64,000 bases of DNA from contig NW_003314377.1 of the NCBI RefSeq assembly GCF_000143415.4, positions 372,001 through 436,000 of the forward strand, written 5' to 3'. The position numbers and the translations under genes were made by a program. Under the pieces are notes generated by a model. That model did no database searches. It was not told the origin of the DNA and worked only from the letters and a program-made list of their open reading frames with translations. Shown one piece after another: positions 35,903-47,932 of the stretch. The stretch's first letter is position 1; each line of letters starts with the position of its first letter. This DNA is from Selaginella moellendorffii (lineage: Eukaryota; Plantae; Lycopodiophyta).

Positions 35903-35994
35903 GAGGAAAAATTTTGTTAGTCAAACTAAATTAAGATAATAAGAAATTCAAATAGTCAAAGAGAAAAAAAAACTCAAGTGGGCCCAAACCTCAC

Positions 35995-36410
35995 CTCAAG
36001 CACTTTGGCCACCCGAGGTGGCCGGCCTGGGCTCATCCTCAAGCACTTTGGCTGCCCAAGGGGCTGAGGTTGTTTGAATAACCTTAGCCCCTTGGGCAAC
36101 CAAAGTGCCCAAAGTGGCTAGCTTGGGGTTGACCTCAGGCACTTTGGCTGCTCGACAGGCCGAGGTTATTTGAATAACCTTAGCCCCTTGGGCAGCCAAA
36201 GTGCCCGAAGTGGCCAACCTGGGCTTGACCTCAGGCACTTTGGCTGCTTGACAGGCCGAGGTTATTTGAATAACCTCAGCCCCTCGGGCAGCCAAAGTGC
36301 CCGAGGTGGCTGGCCCAGGCTCAACCTCAAGCACTTTGGTTGTCCGAGGGGCTAAGGTAATTCAAATAACCTCGGCCCCTCGGGTGACCAAAGTGCTCGA
36401 GGTGGCTGGC
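35995..36410. repeat. Tandem array of 96-bp units, each containing a ~66-bp palindrome
   Basis: Units start GCACTTTGG at 36043, 36139, 36235 and 36331; the arms GCACTTTGGCTGCCC..GGGGCTGAGGTT and AACCT.AGCCCCT.GGGCAGCCAAAGTGC are complementary. Confidence 0.9.
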
Positions 36411-38169
36411 CCTGAAGAAACAATCAAGAAAGAAGCAAAAATAAAGAAATAGAAGTGAAAGCAATCAAATCAAAACTCACCCTTGGTGGCATCTTTCCCT
36501 CCCGATATCTCGATCATGCTAGATTTCTCACACTCTCTCACTCTCAATCTCAACTCGTGTTCATACTGGTGCGCTCCATCTCTTGCACTCTCCCGCACTC
36601 AATCTCTCGCACTCGTGCGCTCCACGCTCAATCTCTCAATCTCCTGTGTGCTCAATCACTCGATCTATTGCATGCTCAATCCCTCGATCTCCTTCCCACT
36701 CAATCCCTCGATCTCTTGTGCGCTCCACTTATGGTGCAATGGCAGCTACCCTAATCCTAATCATGATAGCTGCCCTAACCCTAACCAATCTTTCATCCCA
36801 GCTGTTCATTCCAAATAACCTAAATCTCAACCATCACAATATCTTCGATCTTATTTTATCTTATCATTATTATTATATGTGAATTATGCTTTTTTATTTT
36901 GTATATTTTAATGATGATATAACTAGCACCTATCAACATTTCTATTATTAGAGATATGATTTTTTTTTACAAATTATCTACAAAGGATGCATTCTCATCA
37001 ATATTTTGTACATATTTTGGAATCGTTACAAGAACTTTAAAGAGTATAAATAAGGCACATTAAAATATGTTGTACGATATCCATCTATGAATGGATGAAT
37101 CCTCATCCAGAAATTTATTTTATGTTGTATTAGATCCTAAACAATAGGCACGTGCTTTAAATGTCATTGAGTAGTGTTCACAATTATGGATAAAACTTGA
37201 GTTGTACTACGAATCAAATCTGTCATTGAAAAATAAGATTTAACAAGATTTATTATCATCTACCACTTAAAATTTGACAACTTGACATATCATGTATACT
37301 GACAGTCAAATTAGATCTCTTGGTTTGACATGCTATAGCAAAATATCATGACTAGTATCATTATTAACTATCAAACTTCACGTCTTGAAAATCCTTCCTT
37401 GGATCTATGTGTATAACATGCATCAGATATCATAATAGATAACAGTAATATTAATATTGTCACACTTGCACATGTTAAATTTGCTATAGAATTTAAATTC
37501 ATTTTGTACATTGTTGATATTTTTCTTATTGCTTTATTTAAATTTCAATTATGTTTCACTATAGATTTTTACAAGTAGCATAAAGAGAGAAAACTCTAAA
37601 ATCTATTAAAAAGGATGGAGAGGTTTCTTCTTCATTTTCGAGATCACCCACCTCTTTCATTCTCTTAGAATATTATTTCTAAAAGTTTGTTATGTCAACA
37701 TTTTAATCTTTGTCTTGGCTCTATTTCTTTAAAGGTTGTGATTCACAATAGCACCAGTATAGTTGCATATTCAGAGTTTCTTCTTTTGGGTGTAAGTAAG
37801 GGTGGATAACAATAGGATTTACAGAATTCTAAGTTAAAGGAGATTCAAATTTTTGGATCTTCAATCAAAGTGCCCAAATGTGCTCTAGCTAAAGTGAATG
37901 TGAAGCAAAAGTTAGTCATTATTCTCTCGTCCTCTTTTAGTTCAAGTGGAGAAGTCATGTTAGTGTCAGCGCCGAATTCACTTGACGTGCACTTATTTTT
38001 GTATAGGCTTGTGAGCGAATTTCTATCCTTCTATAACAATATTTTCTTCGCGCTACCACCTCTTGTCAACAGCACCGGCTCCAAATGGAAGGGGATAGAA
38101 ACCAAATAGTATATCCACAATTGGTGCAATATCAAGACCACACATTTTCAACATTTTGAAGGCACAATG

Positions 38170-41100
38170 TTTACTTGCCAAATAAGAGGAATCTTTGCAT
38201 AGGATCAATAAACCTCCTTAAATGGAATGATCTAAAAAGAAACAGTTGAATTAGGCTATAAAATCTCAAATTCACAAATACTAAAACTAACAACATATAT
38301 TTGACTAAGACGTACACCATCTATAAGTATATATTTCTTGGCTCACCTTTTAATAGGACAATGTACTCAACAATTTTGAATGCTAAGAAATTTTGTAAAT
38401 TTTGTTCAATTGATAAACTTGCCTATACTAGTACCAAAATTCTATGAGGCTAAAGGTGTTAATTCTATTCTCATTGAGCTTAATAAATGGCACTATACAC
38501 ATGTCCCAGAAATACAAGAACTATGAGAAGCCTTGCTGATACTAGTGTTCAATTTTCTGGAGATCAACACAATATTACTTTTTATCTTGATGTGGTCAAA
38601 GTGATGCCCATGCTATTTTAGTGCCTCTCCTTGTCAAAGAATCTAAGATGCACTGGTTCTAGCATAAAAAATATGGAAGTAGAAATGTCGCATACACTTT
38701 GAGATTGCTTGCTGATCCTCTATCCCACCTCTTATTGGTTATGGACAAGATCAGGCTTTTTTCACATTAAAGCCTTCCTTTCTTAATAATGTTATGAAAG
38801 ATCAGTAGTCCAGTGGTGCCTTGGTTCGAGCTATGCAAAAGAATATTTGTGATAGTTACTCATTTTATACCCTAGATAGCAATTGAAAGTTCGTGGCATT
38901 TGGTGCGGTGACAACTGGGACGCTTCCAGACAGAACAGAAAGTGGTAGTTCTGCACCATCAAGCTCCTGCTGCTCTCACTAGCAATAATCAAGAGGCACG
39001 AGAGATTTAGTTCTCCTGTGGCAGATCAATGCGGGGGTGATCCTAGGGAACTGTAATCACCCCTTTGGCGCTTGTCAAAAGCCTCGACCACGCTCTGACA
39101 GTGAGGGTGGCGTCCTCCTTCGCATAAACCTTTCATGTAGACACCATGGAAGTCTGGCTAGTAAATATCCTTGATGCGTCTCAAGAATCGGGGTGATTTT
39201 TGGGTGCTAAAATCGGGAGGAGTATCAAGCTCGGGCAGGACGGCAGTCTCTCCGAGAAAAAGCGGGCTTGTTTGATTCCCCCAAACCCACCAGGCACATG
39301 GAGAACTTCGTCCACTTGAGCTGCCTGAGGATGGAATTGCCTGTTCGTGACAGGAATGGATGGTGAATGTGTGGCGTCGATGCTCCAAGCACAGCCCTGA
39401 ACCTGGAAAGATCACACCGAAAGCTTACAAAGTCTACTTCTCTGGAAGTTCATACCTCTCAACCTTGGTCCCTGAAAACGTATCCCGCCGCCAGGGCGCC
39501 AAACACAAGGTCAGCGTCGAGAAAGCTACACTGCGAGGAGGAGGAGGAGCGACTGCGATCGATCATGTCTTGTCAATGGAATCAGACGAGACAAGAGAAT
39601 CAGCTGCCAGGGCTGGAGCCGCCGCTGCGCCGATAGGCCAGGAAATGGATTATCACAGCCGCCGCAGTCTCCAGCTTGCCCACGTCAATCTGCGCAACTC
39701 CAGCGTCGCGATGCCAGAGCATCCGCATTGATGATCGACGATGATTCAGTATTTGGTATTTACAAATATCGGGAAGAGAATCGAACCCGAAACGTTTGTT
39801 TTGGGAGACCGATGTCCTAAATGACTGGTCTAAGCTGTTTTTGTGAGCCGGCGAACCAGAATAATGGCTCCTTATTTAGGAAAATTTTTGCATAAAAGTC
39901 CTTGTTGAGTGGACCCTTCGGCATCGAACCCGGGTCTTCTACAACGGTTTACCTCTACACTTACCTGATAGCCATCATCTCGGCAACCGGGTTCCCGTAA
40001 TAATAAAATCATACCATGTACTTGAACCATATGACAGGGGTCTTTGCGAAATCCATGGCGTTTTTGTTAGATCGCCCACCAGACGAGATTATTCCCCGCA
40101 TTCGTGCTGCTCGGCGTTTCGTCCTTGGCAAAGCCCCCTCTTGGGTTCTGAATCGATCATCGTGGTAATGGATCGTCAAGAGTTATGGCCTGGGTTGCAA
40201 TAGAAACTCGCAGAGCAATCTCCACAGCCGCAGGAGCTTTGCGATCTTCTGCTGGTGTGAATCTCATCAGTCCCAAAACTCCACGTTTCGGCAATCCAAC
40301 GAAACCTGTAGCGTGTGGCCATTCAAACGAGCATACCTCGGTATCATCCTCGGCTGCCTCGATGCCTGGAGAGTAACAGTCCCGGGAAGAACCATCATTT
40401 GCCCGAAACGAAATCACGATGGATCCCCTTGCATTCCCGCTGCCAGCCAAGTACCAGCTTGTGTAGAACTGAGCCCGAGCCGGAGACCAATCCACCGGGG
40501 CTGTCCAAGTGATGCCGAGATCAAGCTCGCTGTGTGTGCCAGCAAAAGAGAGCCTGAGGAGGACACAAACACCCGACTTGGAGCAGGGCTGAGACTGAAA
40601 ACACGACTGTCCGCGAAGTTGATGCCTGTTTCTTCGCTGAGATCTCCAGCCAAGTGCTTCGCCAAGCTCTCCTCCAGCTCCAGATAGACACTACTTGTAG
40701 TTGCAAGCGGGCACTTGCCTACCAGCTTTGAGCCAAACATGCTGGAGAGTCTCCAGTCTTGCAGCTTTCGGAAAACAACCTGCTCCAATGTCGTGCCTTC
40801 TTCGTCCCGATCGAAGTCACCGGAAGTGATAAGCAGCCTCTGGGAATGGTACATACCACTGTAAATCGTCTGCCTGTCCAGGAGCGTCGTGAGCCCAGCC
40901 TTGTCTCTACATGGGAGAAGCGTGAGCCATGGCGTGAGCCGTGGCGTTCTACAGAGTGCTTCTCTCGGGAGTGCTCGCTCTTGCTCCATTTCTTTCCTTT
41001 CACCACCCTCTTCATGCCAGGAGCGTCGAAAGCTCCTCCTCCTCCTGTCCGGTTTGCCTCGGGCCTCGACGAGAACCAATTCGAGGAAGTTGATCGATGC

Positions 41101-41880
41101 GCAAAAGAGGCCCGAGAGAGCAGCTCGCCGCCAAGCCAGTGGGAGTGGAGCTCACGGCATTTCCAGAGGTGGACGTCGACGTCCAGCCAACGACGTGGGC
41201 TGCGCGATCGGATCGCCCACGCCCCAGCGCTCGTTGTTCCATCGCCCTTGCCATTTCTTTGATTCGAAACTTCCGGACCTGTTCCAAGCGATTCTTTCAT
41301 CATCGTTTCGGGATTTGAGGACTTACGAGCTGGAAGATCGACAAAAGAAAGGGCAAAAGGAGGATAGGGTTCGATTTTACCTCTCAAAAGCTTGGAGTAA
41401 GAGTTCGCACCCTTGGAGGCATGGAGGGCAATGAGATCACTCTTCTGAAGGCCATGGGTGTTTGCACTGTGCTGGGAGATTCTCTCCAAGGGCAAGTAAA
41501 TCTGTGCTTGAATTCTTTCTAGTAGTTGAGTTTATATGTATGGAAAGTGTGGGCTCATTGAGATGCATTTGATTGAGCAGGATGAAACACGATGATCAGT
41601 GTGTACGTGTTGCATGAGTGTGGTAAGCAAGCAATCCACCTCTATGCATACTTATGTCTAGAAGGGACAAAATGGGTTGATGTTTTGCCAGGTAGCAATT
41701 TTGTCTCTACCCAGGTTGTTCTTATTAGCATGTATATTGAGTGCAATAGTCTTGAAGTTCAAGTATCTTTTAGTGGAGTTTTGAGCCTTGGACAATTGTC
41801 ATTTAGCACATATAGTTGGCATGGAAAGTTGCAATATACATTTGTGATAGAGCAAAATGCACTAGGAAGGCTTGAGATAA
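38170..41880 (-). repeat. Arm 2 of the inverted duplication (the longer, undeleted version)
   Basis: Reverse complement of 13820-17350 plus ~480 bp (about 40712-41195) missing from arm 1. Confidence 0.9.
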
Positions 41881-42949
41881 AAATGTGATGAATGATGGGA
41901 TAAAGTGAAAGTGATAGATCCAGAAAACAATTGAGAACTCACCAAGAAATCATAAAAGCTCATATATGAAAAAAGTTGATGCAACCTTGTGGCTGAAATC
42001 CAAGCTGGAACCCATGCACCAAGGTAGTAAAACCTGAAGACAAAAGAGAAGAGGTGAAAGAAAATGGGGAAAAAAGAAAAAAAAAAAAAAAGTCATTACA
42101 TAGTGGCGATGATTATGAGCATGTGGAAGCTCATGGCCAATTTTATTGGCGAGCACATATGAACCACCCTCCACTTAGCACTAGATGAAGTAGAGGCTAA
42201 GCCACTGTGAAGAAAATTTGGAGGACAAAGTGAACTTTTTGAGAAGAACAAGTTGTTCAGGAGAAAAGATGATTAAACTAGGAACTTTGGAGTCAATGTC
42301 TGCCTTGGTTTGCTCAATTGAAGCCCTACATTGCTCGTCAAGGGCAAGGATCTTCATGTCACGAGCATGAAGCTTGTCCATGTTGGAAAGTTGGAAGTTT
42401 GTAGTATGGCACAAAGATAGCGCAAGCAATAATACTTGGAAATCTATGAAAGTACAAGTAGTCTAATCAAATAAAGAGGCTGGGCTACTCTCACTCATAA
42501 TTGTTGTTCCCACTCCAAAGGTCACGGACACCATAGAATGCACGTGCTTCATTGGAGTACCATGATGAAGGCTCTAAGACTAAGCTGCAATTGAGAGGAG
42601 ATCCTCCACATAAGGTCCACGCTTGAAAAGAAATGATGTCATCAGAAGAGCCTCTACTAGGAAGATTGGCGACTCTTGAAGTTGGCCATCACTCTGATCA
42701 AACTAATTGTGAAAGCCTGTGTAAATAGTATTGCACTGGAACATGTTGAACTCAGGCTGTGATGGATCTTCGATCAACTCAAGAAAGATAACAATCAGCG
42801 AGTGGGGAAAAGGTGTCAAGGAAGATAATATTGGCTCGAAGGATATTGATTGGCTTTGAGATAGTCCTGGAGGCTATTCTTGAAGCTTTCCCAACAAAGA
42901 GTGTCCACAAGCATTATAGAAACAAGAAGTTCAGTGATTGTCGCTAATC

Positions 42950-43500
42950 TCTATTATGCCGAGTGACCAATTTGTGATGCCTCAAACCTAATCATGCCAA
43001 ACTTGTCCAATGATGAGGGAGTCCTTCAAAGGTGTGGAGCTGAACTTTTGGTAGTTTACCACCACAAAGTTCAAAAAAGATTCCACCCCATTAATGTAAA
43101 CTCGAACACTACATCAAATGCCCGTGGGGATAACAATGTAGTTTGCAAACATCTTTAGGATCAGAGTTGTGCTTCTAGAGACTTGAAAACCTGCTCTTGT
43201 GGCTGAAGTGATCACATTGCTCCCAAATCCAAAATTGACAAAAGCATTGATGATGGGAGAACTATCGCCAAAGCCTATAGGTGCAAAAATTGCATCTAGA
43301 TTAGAAGAGGAGGCTATGTCAATGATGTGCACATCCAATAGGAAAGAGGCTATGGCGTTAGTAGACCTTGTAAAGTCTTTTAGATGCTATCTAAAGCTAG
43401 GAATCATACATGAAAGCTCACACCACAAAAAGGTGACAAATGTTTCCATCAATTGTTGAAGTGCACACTCCAAGTCCCTACCAAAGAAAGGTGCAAGATA
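42950..43500 (-). pseudogene. Highly decayed retrotransposon aspartic-protease-like remnant
   Basis: INAFVNFGFGSNVI resembles the ALVDSGSxxNxI motif and is followed by FVVV...LIIG..W. Confidence 0.35.
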
Positions 43501-43896
43501 TCTGGGAAGGAGAGGCGTGAATGGGAGTTTGCATGCCACCTTTAGTGTTGGATTAGTGATTGCTGAAGGAGTTGGATTGCCATCAATTTTCTCTTGATTA
43601 GTTGTTTTCTTCTTTTGTGCTCATGTGGCTATTGTCTTTGCAAACTCTTCCTTGGGATCCTGATTGCATTGAGTTGTCCCATTAGAGATTTTCCTTTGTT
43701 GGAAGATGACGAAGGTACATCCTCGATTGCATGCTGCTCAAGCTGTTGTTAGTAGTGATCCTTCACTTGTGTTATAGTGCTATTATCAGTGAATGGTTGC
43801 TCTTGGACACATTGAAAACGTGGTTGTCACAACTCTAGATAAAGCTTCCAACACCTCTCTATAGTGTGAGTTGTGATGTTGCAATGGGAGCAATAC

Positions 43897-45708
43897 TGTA
43901 AGCGACTAAGGTTTCCATTTTACTTTAGTCATTTAACCGCACCTCCGACCACTTGGAGGAGTCTCATTCACAACCTCCATAAGTCCCAGTTAGGACTTGG
44001 GGCTTGCTAGCCCCGAGAATAGCATCCATGCCACTTAACCTTTGCACTTGGTCCAAGTGCTCCACGTGTCTGATCAGGCACCACCGACATGTCGGCCTGT
44101 TACATTAAGGCCATGCCCATTCACCTTGGTCACACCGGTGGTCTAATGCCACTTGCATTATAGTCCCGTCTCTCAAAGACTGGGCCATCCGTCCGTGAGT
44201 GATCATCCCAGATTTACTCCTTAACATCCTTAGGATGCCCGCAGACATGGGGAATAGCCTTCCCCGACAACTCTTTTCCAGTCCCCACCAAGTCCCTTTC
44301 TGTCCATGGCCATGTTCGCCATTGAGGAAGGGCAGAATGAGTAGAGTATAGACCTTTGATCAAACGATCATAAGCTAGAGCTTTCTCCAGGAAGAAGGTC
44401 AAAGGTCAAAGCGATCAGTCCTTATGAACACTGCCACTAGATCAAGGCTCGCAGGCTCGACCTCTAAATCCCACTATCCTTTGGGATTTCTTCACCATGT
44501 GACCGTATCCTTGGTCACTGCACTAGAGGACTGCTCCTCTTCCCTTTCACCGTTTGGGACTTTGGGACAACATTTCGGAACACCGTGGCCTTACGCAAGC
44601 CTCATGGGTACTCTCCCTACCTTTCGCCTTTAAGTGCTCTAGCCATGGGCTTAGAGTTAGGTTCCGTTGAGCCACGCTAGGTATCCAAGTAGGTAGTGCC
44701 ACCCACACTTGGATTGGGAGCATCGGCCAGTCGATCTCCCGGGGGAACTATAGCTGGCTCTTGAACACTTCACCAAGCTACCCCACTTATCGGTCTGCGT
44801 TCACTCTAGTCTTGGACTTCCCAGTGGGCAGCTCATCACCCAACACTGGGTATAGCCTTCCTGGGCCAAATTGGCCTTTCCTAGCCCAACTGGCTCCACT
44901 GCAGTCCTCCCCCTTAATATACTTTTGGAGCTCACCAAACCCCCCAGGGTCTGGGAGACGAACACTTTGGGCTTTCACCCTCTCAGACTCGAACTCGGAC
45001 TTGGACTCGGACTTGGACTTGGAGTTAGACTTGGACTCAAACTCAGACTCGGGCTCGGGCTCGGTCTCGGCCTCTGTCTCGGTCTCGGTCCCGATCTCGG
45101 TCTTGGTCTTGGTCCCGGTCTCGGTCTCGACTTCAGACTCCATCTCGGGTCCATCTCGGACTCCATCTCGGGTCCATCTCGGACTCCATCTCGGGTCCAT
45201 CTCGGACTCCATCTCGGGTCCATCTCGGACTCCATCTCGGATCCATCTCGGACTCCATCTCGGATCCATCTCGGACTCCATCTCGAACTCCATCTCGGGT
45301 CCATCTCGGACTCCACCTCGGACTCCATCTCGGACTCCATCTCGGGTCCATCTCGGACTCCATCTCGGGTCCATCTCATACTCCATCTCGGACTCCATCT
45401 GGGACTCCATCTCGGACTCCATCTCGAACTCCATCTCGGGTCCATCTCGGACTCCATGTCGTGTCCATCTCGGACTCTTCCACGTGTCATGTTTTGGTCC
45501 TCTTGTGTCTCCTTTTCTAGAGACTCACTCATGGCTCGCCTTGTGCTTTTTCCTCGAGCACTTCGTTGGGAGTTCCACTCCCGCTCTTGACTTTTCAAGT
45601 CGGAGCTTTTGGTCCAAACATGTTATGCTTGTTTGGCTTTCGCTTCGGCCACTACCATGTGGCACCCTTTCGGCTCCACTTTGGGGCCTATGGATTTTGT
45701 GTCTCACA
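43897..45708 (-). mobile_element. LTR of family X, probably the 3' LTR of a truncated minus-strand element
   Basis: TGTAAGCGAC...GTCTCACA; no TSD; purine-rich GGGTGGTGGAGT (PPT-like) abuts it on the minus strand. Confidence 0.88.
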
Positions 45709-47932
45709 ACTCCACCACCCATAGACGAAGTTTGATGTCCTCATTGAACGATGAACCAATTGATAAAGTAATACCAACATGTATTACCCTTCCCATCCTT
45801 GGCACCTAGCTAATATTTGTCTATGGTTTGACACCAAAGGCTCACCATGCCTTGTCCATCCTCTAAGGGGCATAGCCTTTCCAACTTAGAGGTTCATTCA
45901 ACCATTTGTGGTGGTTCTCTCCTTTTATTGGTTTAGTTCTCGCTAAACCTGTTAGAGACACCTTTTCTAACTCAATCCCACTACTCATTCTCGAGTGGTC
46001 TCACTTTCCATCGATATAACCCTTGCACTTTGGAACTTTTAATTCTGACTTCTCGAAGTCAATTTCTTAGGTGTCTCCGACACTTTGCATTGCACATATT
46101 GTGCAACTCCACTTCCCCATCCTAGGAAGTTCTCTACTTGAGGGCAACATCATCCTCTCTTCGATTTTTTGCCACCTTTGGCACTAGGTTTCAGTTATCG
46201 TAATTCGTGCTATGGTTGTCCATGGCCCTATCATTTGGCTACTTTACCACTCCATCCCTTGGAGCTTCCACCTTCACCAAATCGGAGCAATTGGGAACCT
46301 ATCTTTGATGCTCTATTTCGTTAAAGTGGGATTTATTCAGTAAAATGGGACTAGGTACAAATTTTCAAGTATTTGAAAATGACGTGAAATTATATGTTTT
46401 TTGTCCAGGGGCTAGACATATCTGGGGCATGGTGACTAGCGCGGTGACTTTATGTCCAGACTGAGTCCATCTGGTTGTATAATAAATCTCATTGTCAAGG
46501 TGAACAAGCCGAATCTGAAGCTAAAGAAGAGCGATGGCATGCGCGCACACACTATTTGTTTGTTCATTGAGCGTGTGGTGAGCTTTCCAAGATGAACGTC
46601 ATTCCTATTAGCCAGACATATAACTTAATGGTAAGAACATTTAGATATTATTCAATGTTATCTTTTTCTAACGAATCTAATTGTGAAGGTGTAGCAAGAG
46701 GCATTGCTAGTCTGGAGAAGTCATTTAACTCATTTGACCCTTAGTGTATTTTCATGAAACTAAATAACATTCATATTATTAAGGAATTTCTCTAGTACCT
46801 TTTTTTTACGACATAGAGGCTTGCATTTCTTTCAAAGGTGATTTAGTAAAAGGCCTGAGGGCACATGCCATTCTATTTCTCAGACCGGTATTAAAATATA
46901 CTAGTGCAAAGGGAAAAAGGTATTTGGTGATCAAGTAAATGGCATGAGGGCACACGCCATTATAAGCCTAAGCGCTAGTGGACACCTCCTTTTTGGTACT
47001 CTCAGCGGTACTATCATCCTTCTCCGGGTCAGTTGTTTTGCTTTGGATTGTTGTCTCTGACATTACTGGGGCGTTCACGATAGTTGTTAATGTTGCCGTT
47101 TGTTCAGAAAAATGATCACCTGGAGTATAGTACGGGGAGTTTGGAAGACTTATATATTCTACATCTTCACCTATCTCCTTCTCTGTCTCCTTTTCTGCCT
47201 CACTTACAGATTTGTGCTTGCCATGAGAACGCTCTTCACCCTAAAATATGGAGTTCGTTGTGTTATAAAAGGAAACCAACACACACGCTGCAAGGGAATG
47301 ATGGTACATAAAGCATGTAAGCCCACAATATGGGTTTATGTGCCATTAATATGGGCCACACGCCATATTATTAGATTTATGCACGTGTGATTGGTAAATG
47401 CATATGTCACATCATCTTTGTTTTACCTCACACACTATATCAGGCCTAATGAACCATATCACATGTGCGCACATGCTATATATATGGAGAAGTATTATGC
47501 AAGGATATAAATTCAATGCATGATTGTGGAGAGCAATGGCATGAAGCCACATGCTAAATAACATTTTAGAGAAAGAATTAAAATAGAAACATGCAAACAG
47601 TACTGAGTGGACCAAGACTTAGAAGTGCACAATTGAATGAGGTATTTCTAATAAATATTTCACTCATCACTCACCTCATATAGGAATGGCTACCACTCTC
47701 AAATGGCGTATCGCCTCATGCCATCACCTCGCAATTTGTTATAACAATCCGATGAATTCATATTCGGCTTGTTCACCTTGAACTTTAAGTAAGATTTGCT
47801 AGAACAACTAAGAATTTATACTTGTTATTTGTATCATCTCACCATAAGGCCACATGCCATCACGCCTCCTCTGATTCAGATTCGGATTGTTCACCTTGAA
47901 ATAAAATACATTAGAAACTTAGTAAAGGAATA

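Noticed and set aside
35995-36410. CRISPR-like array (also the 27-bp repeats at 21585-21735)
   Set aside because: The spacers are not unique, there are no cas genes, and the context is eukaryotic.
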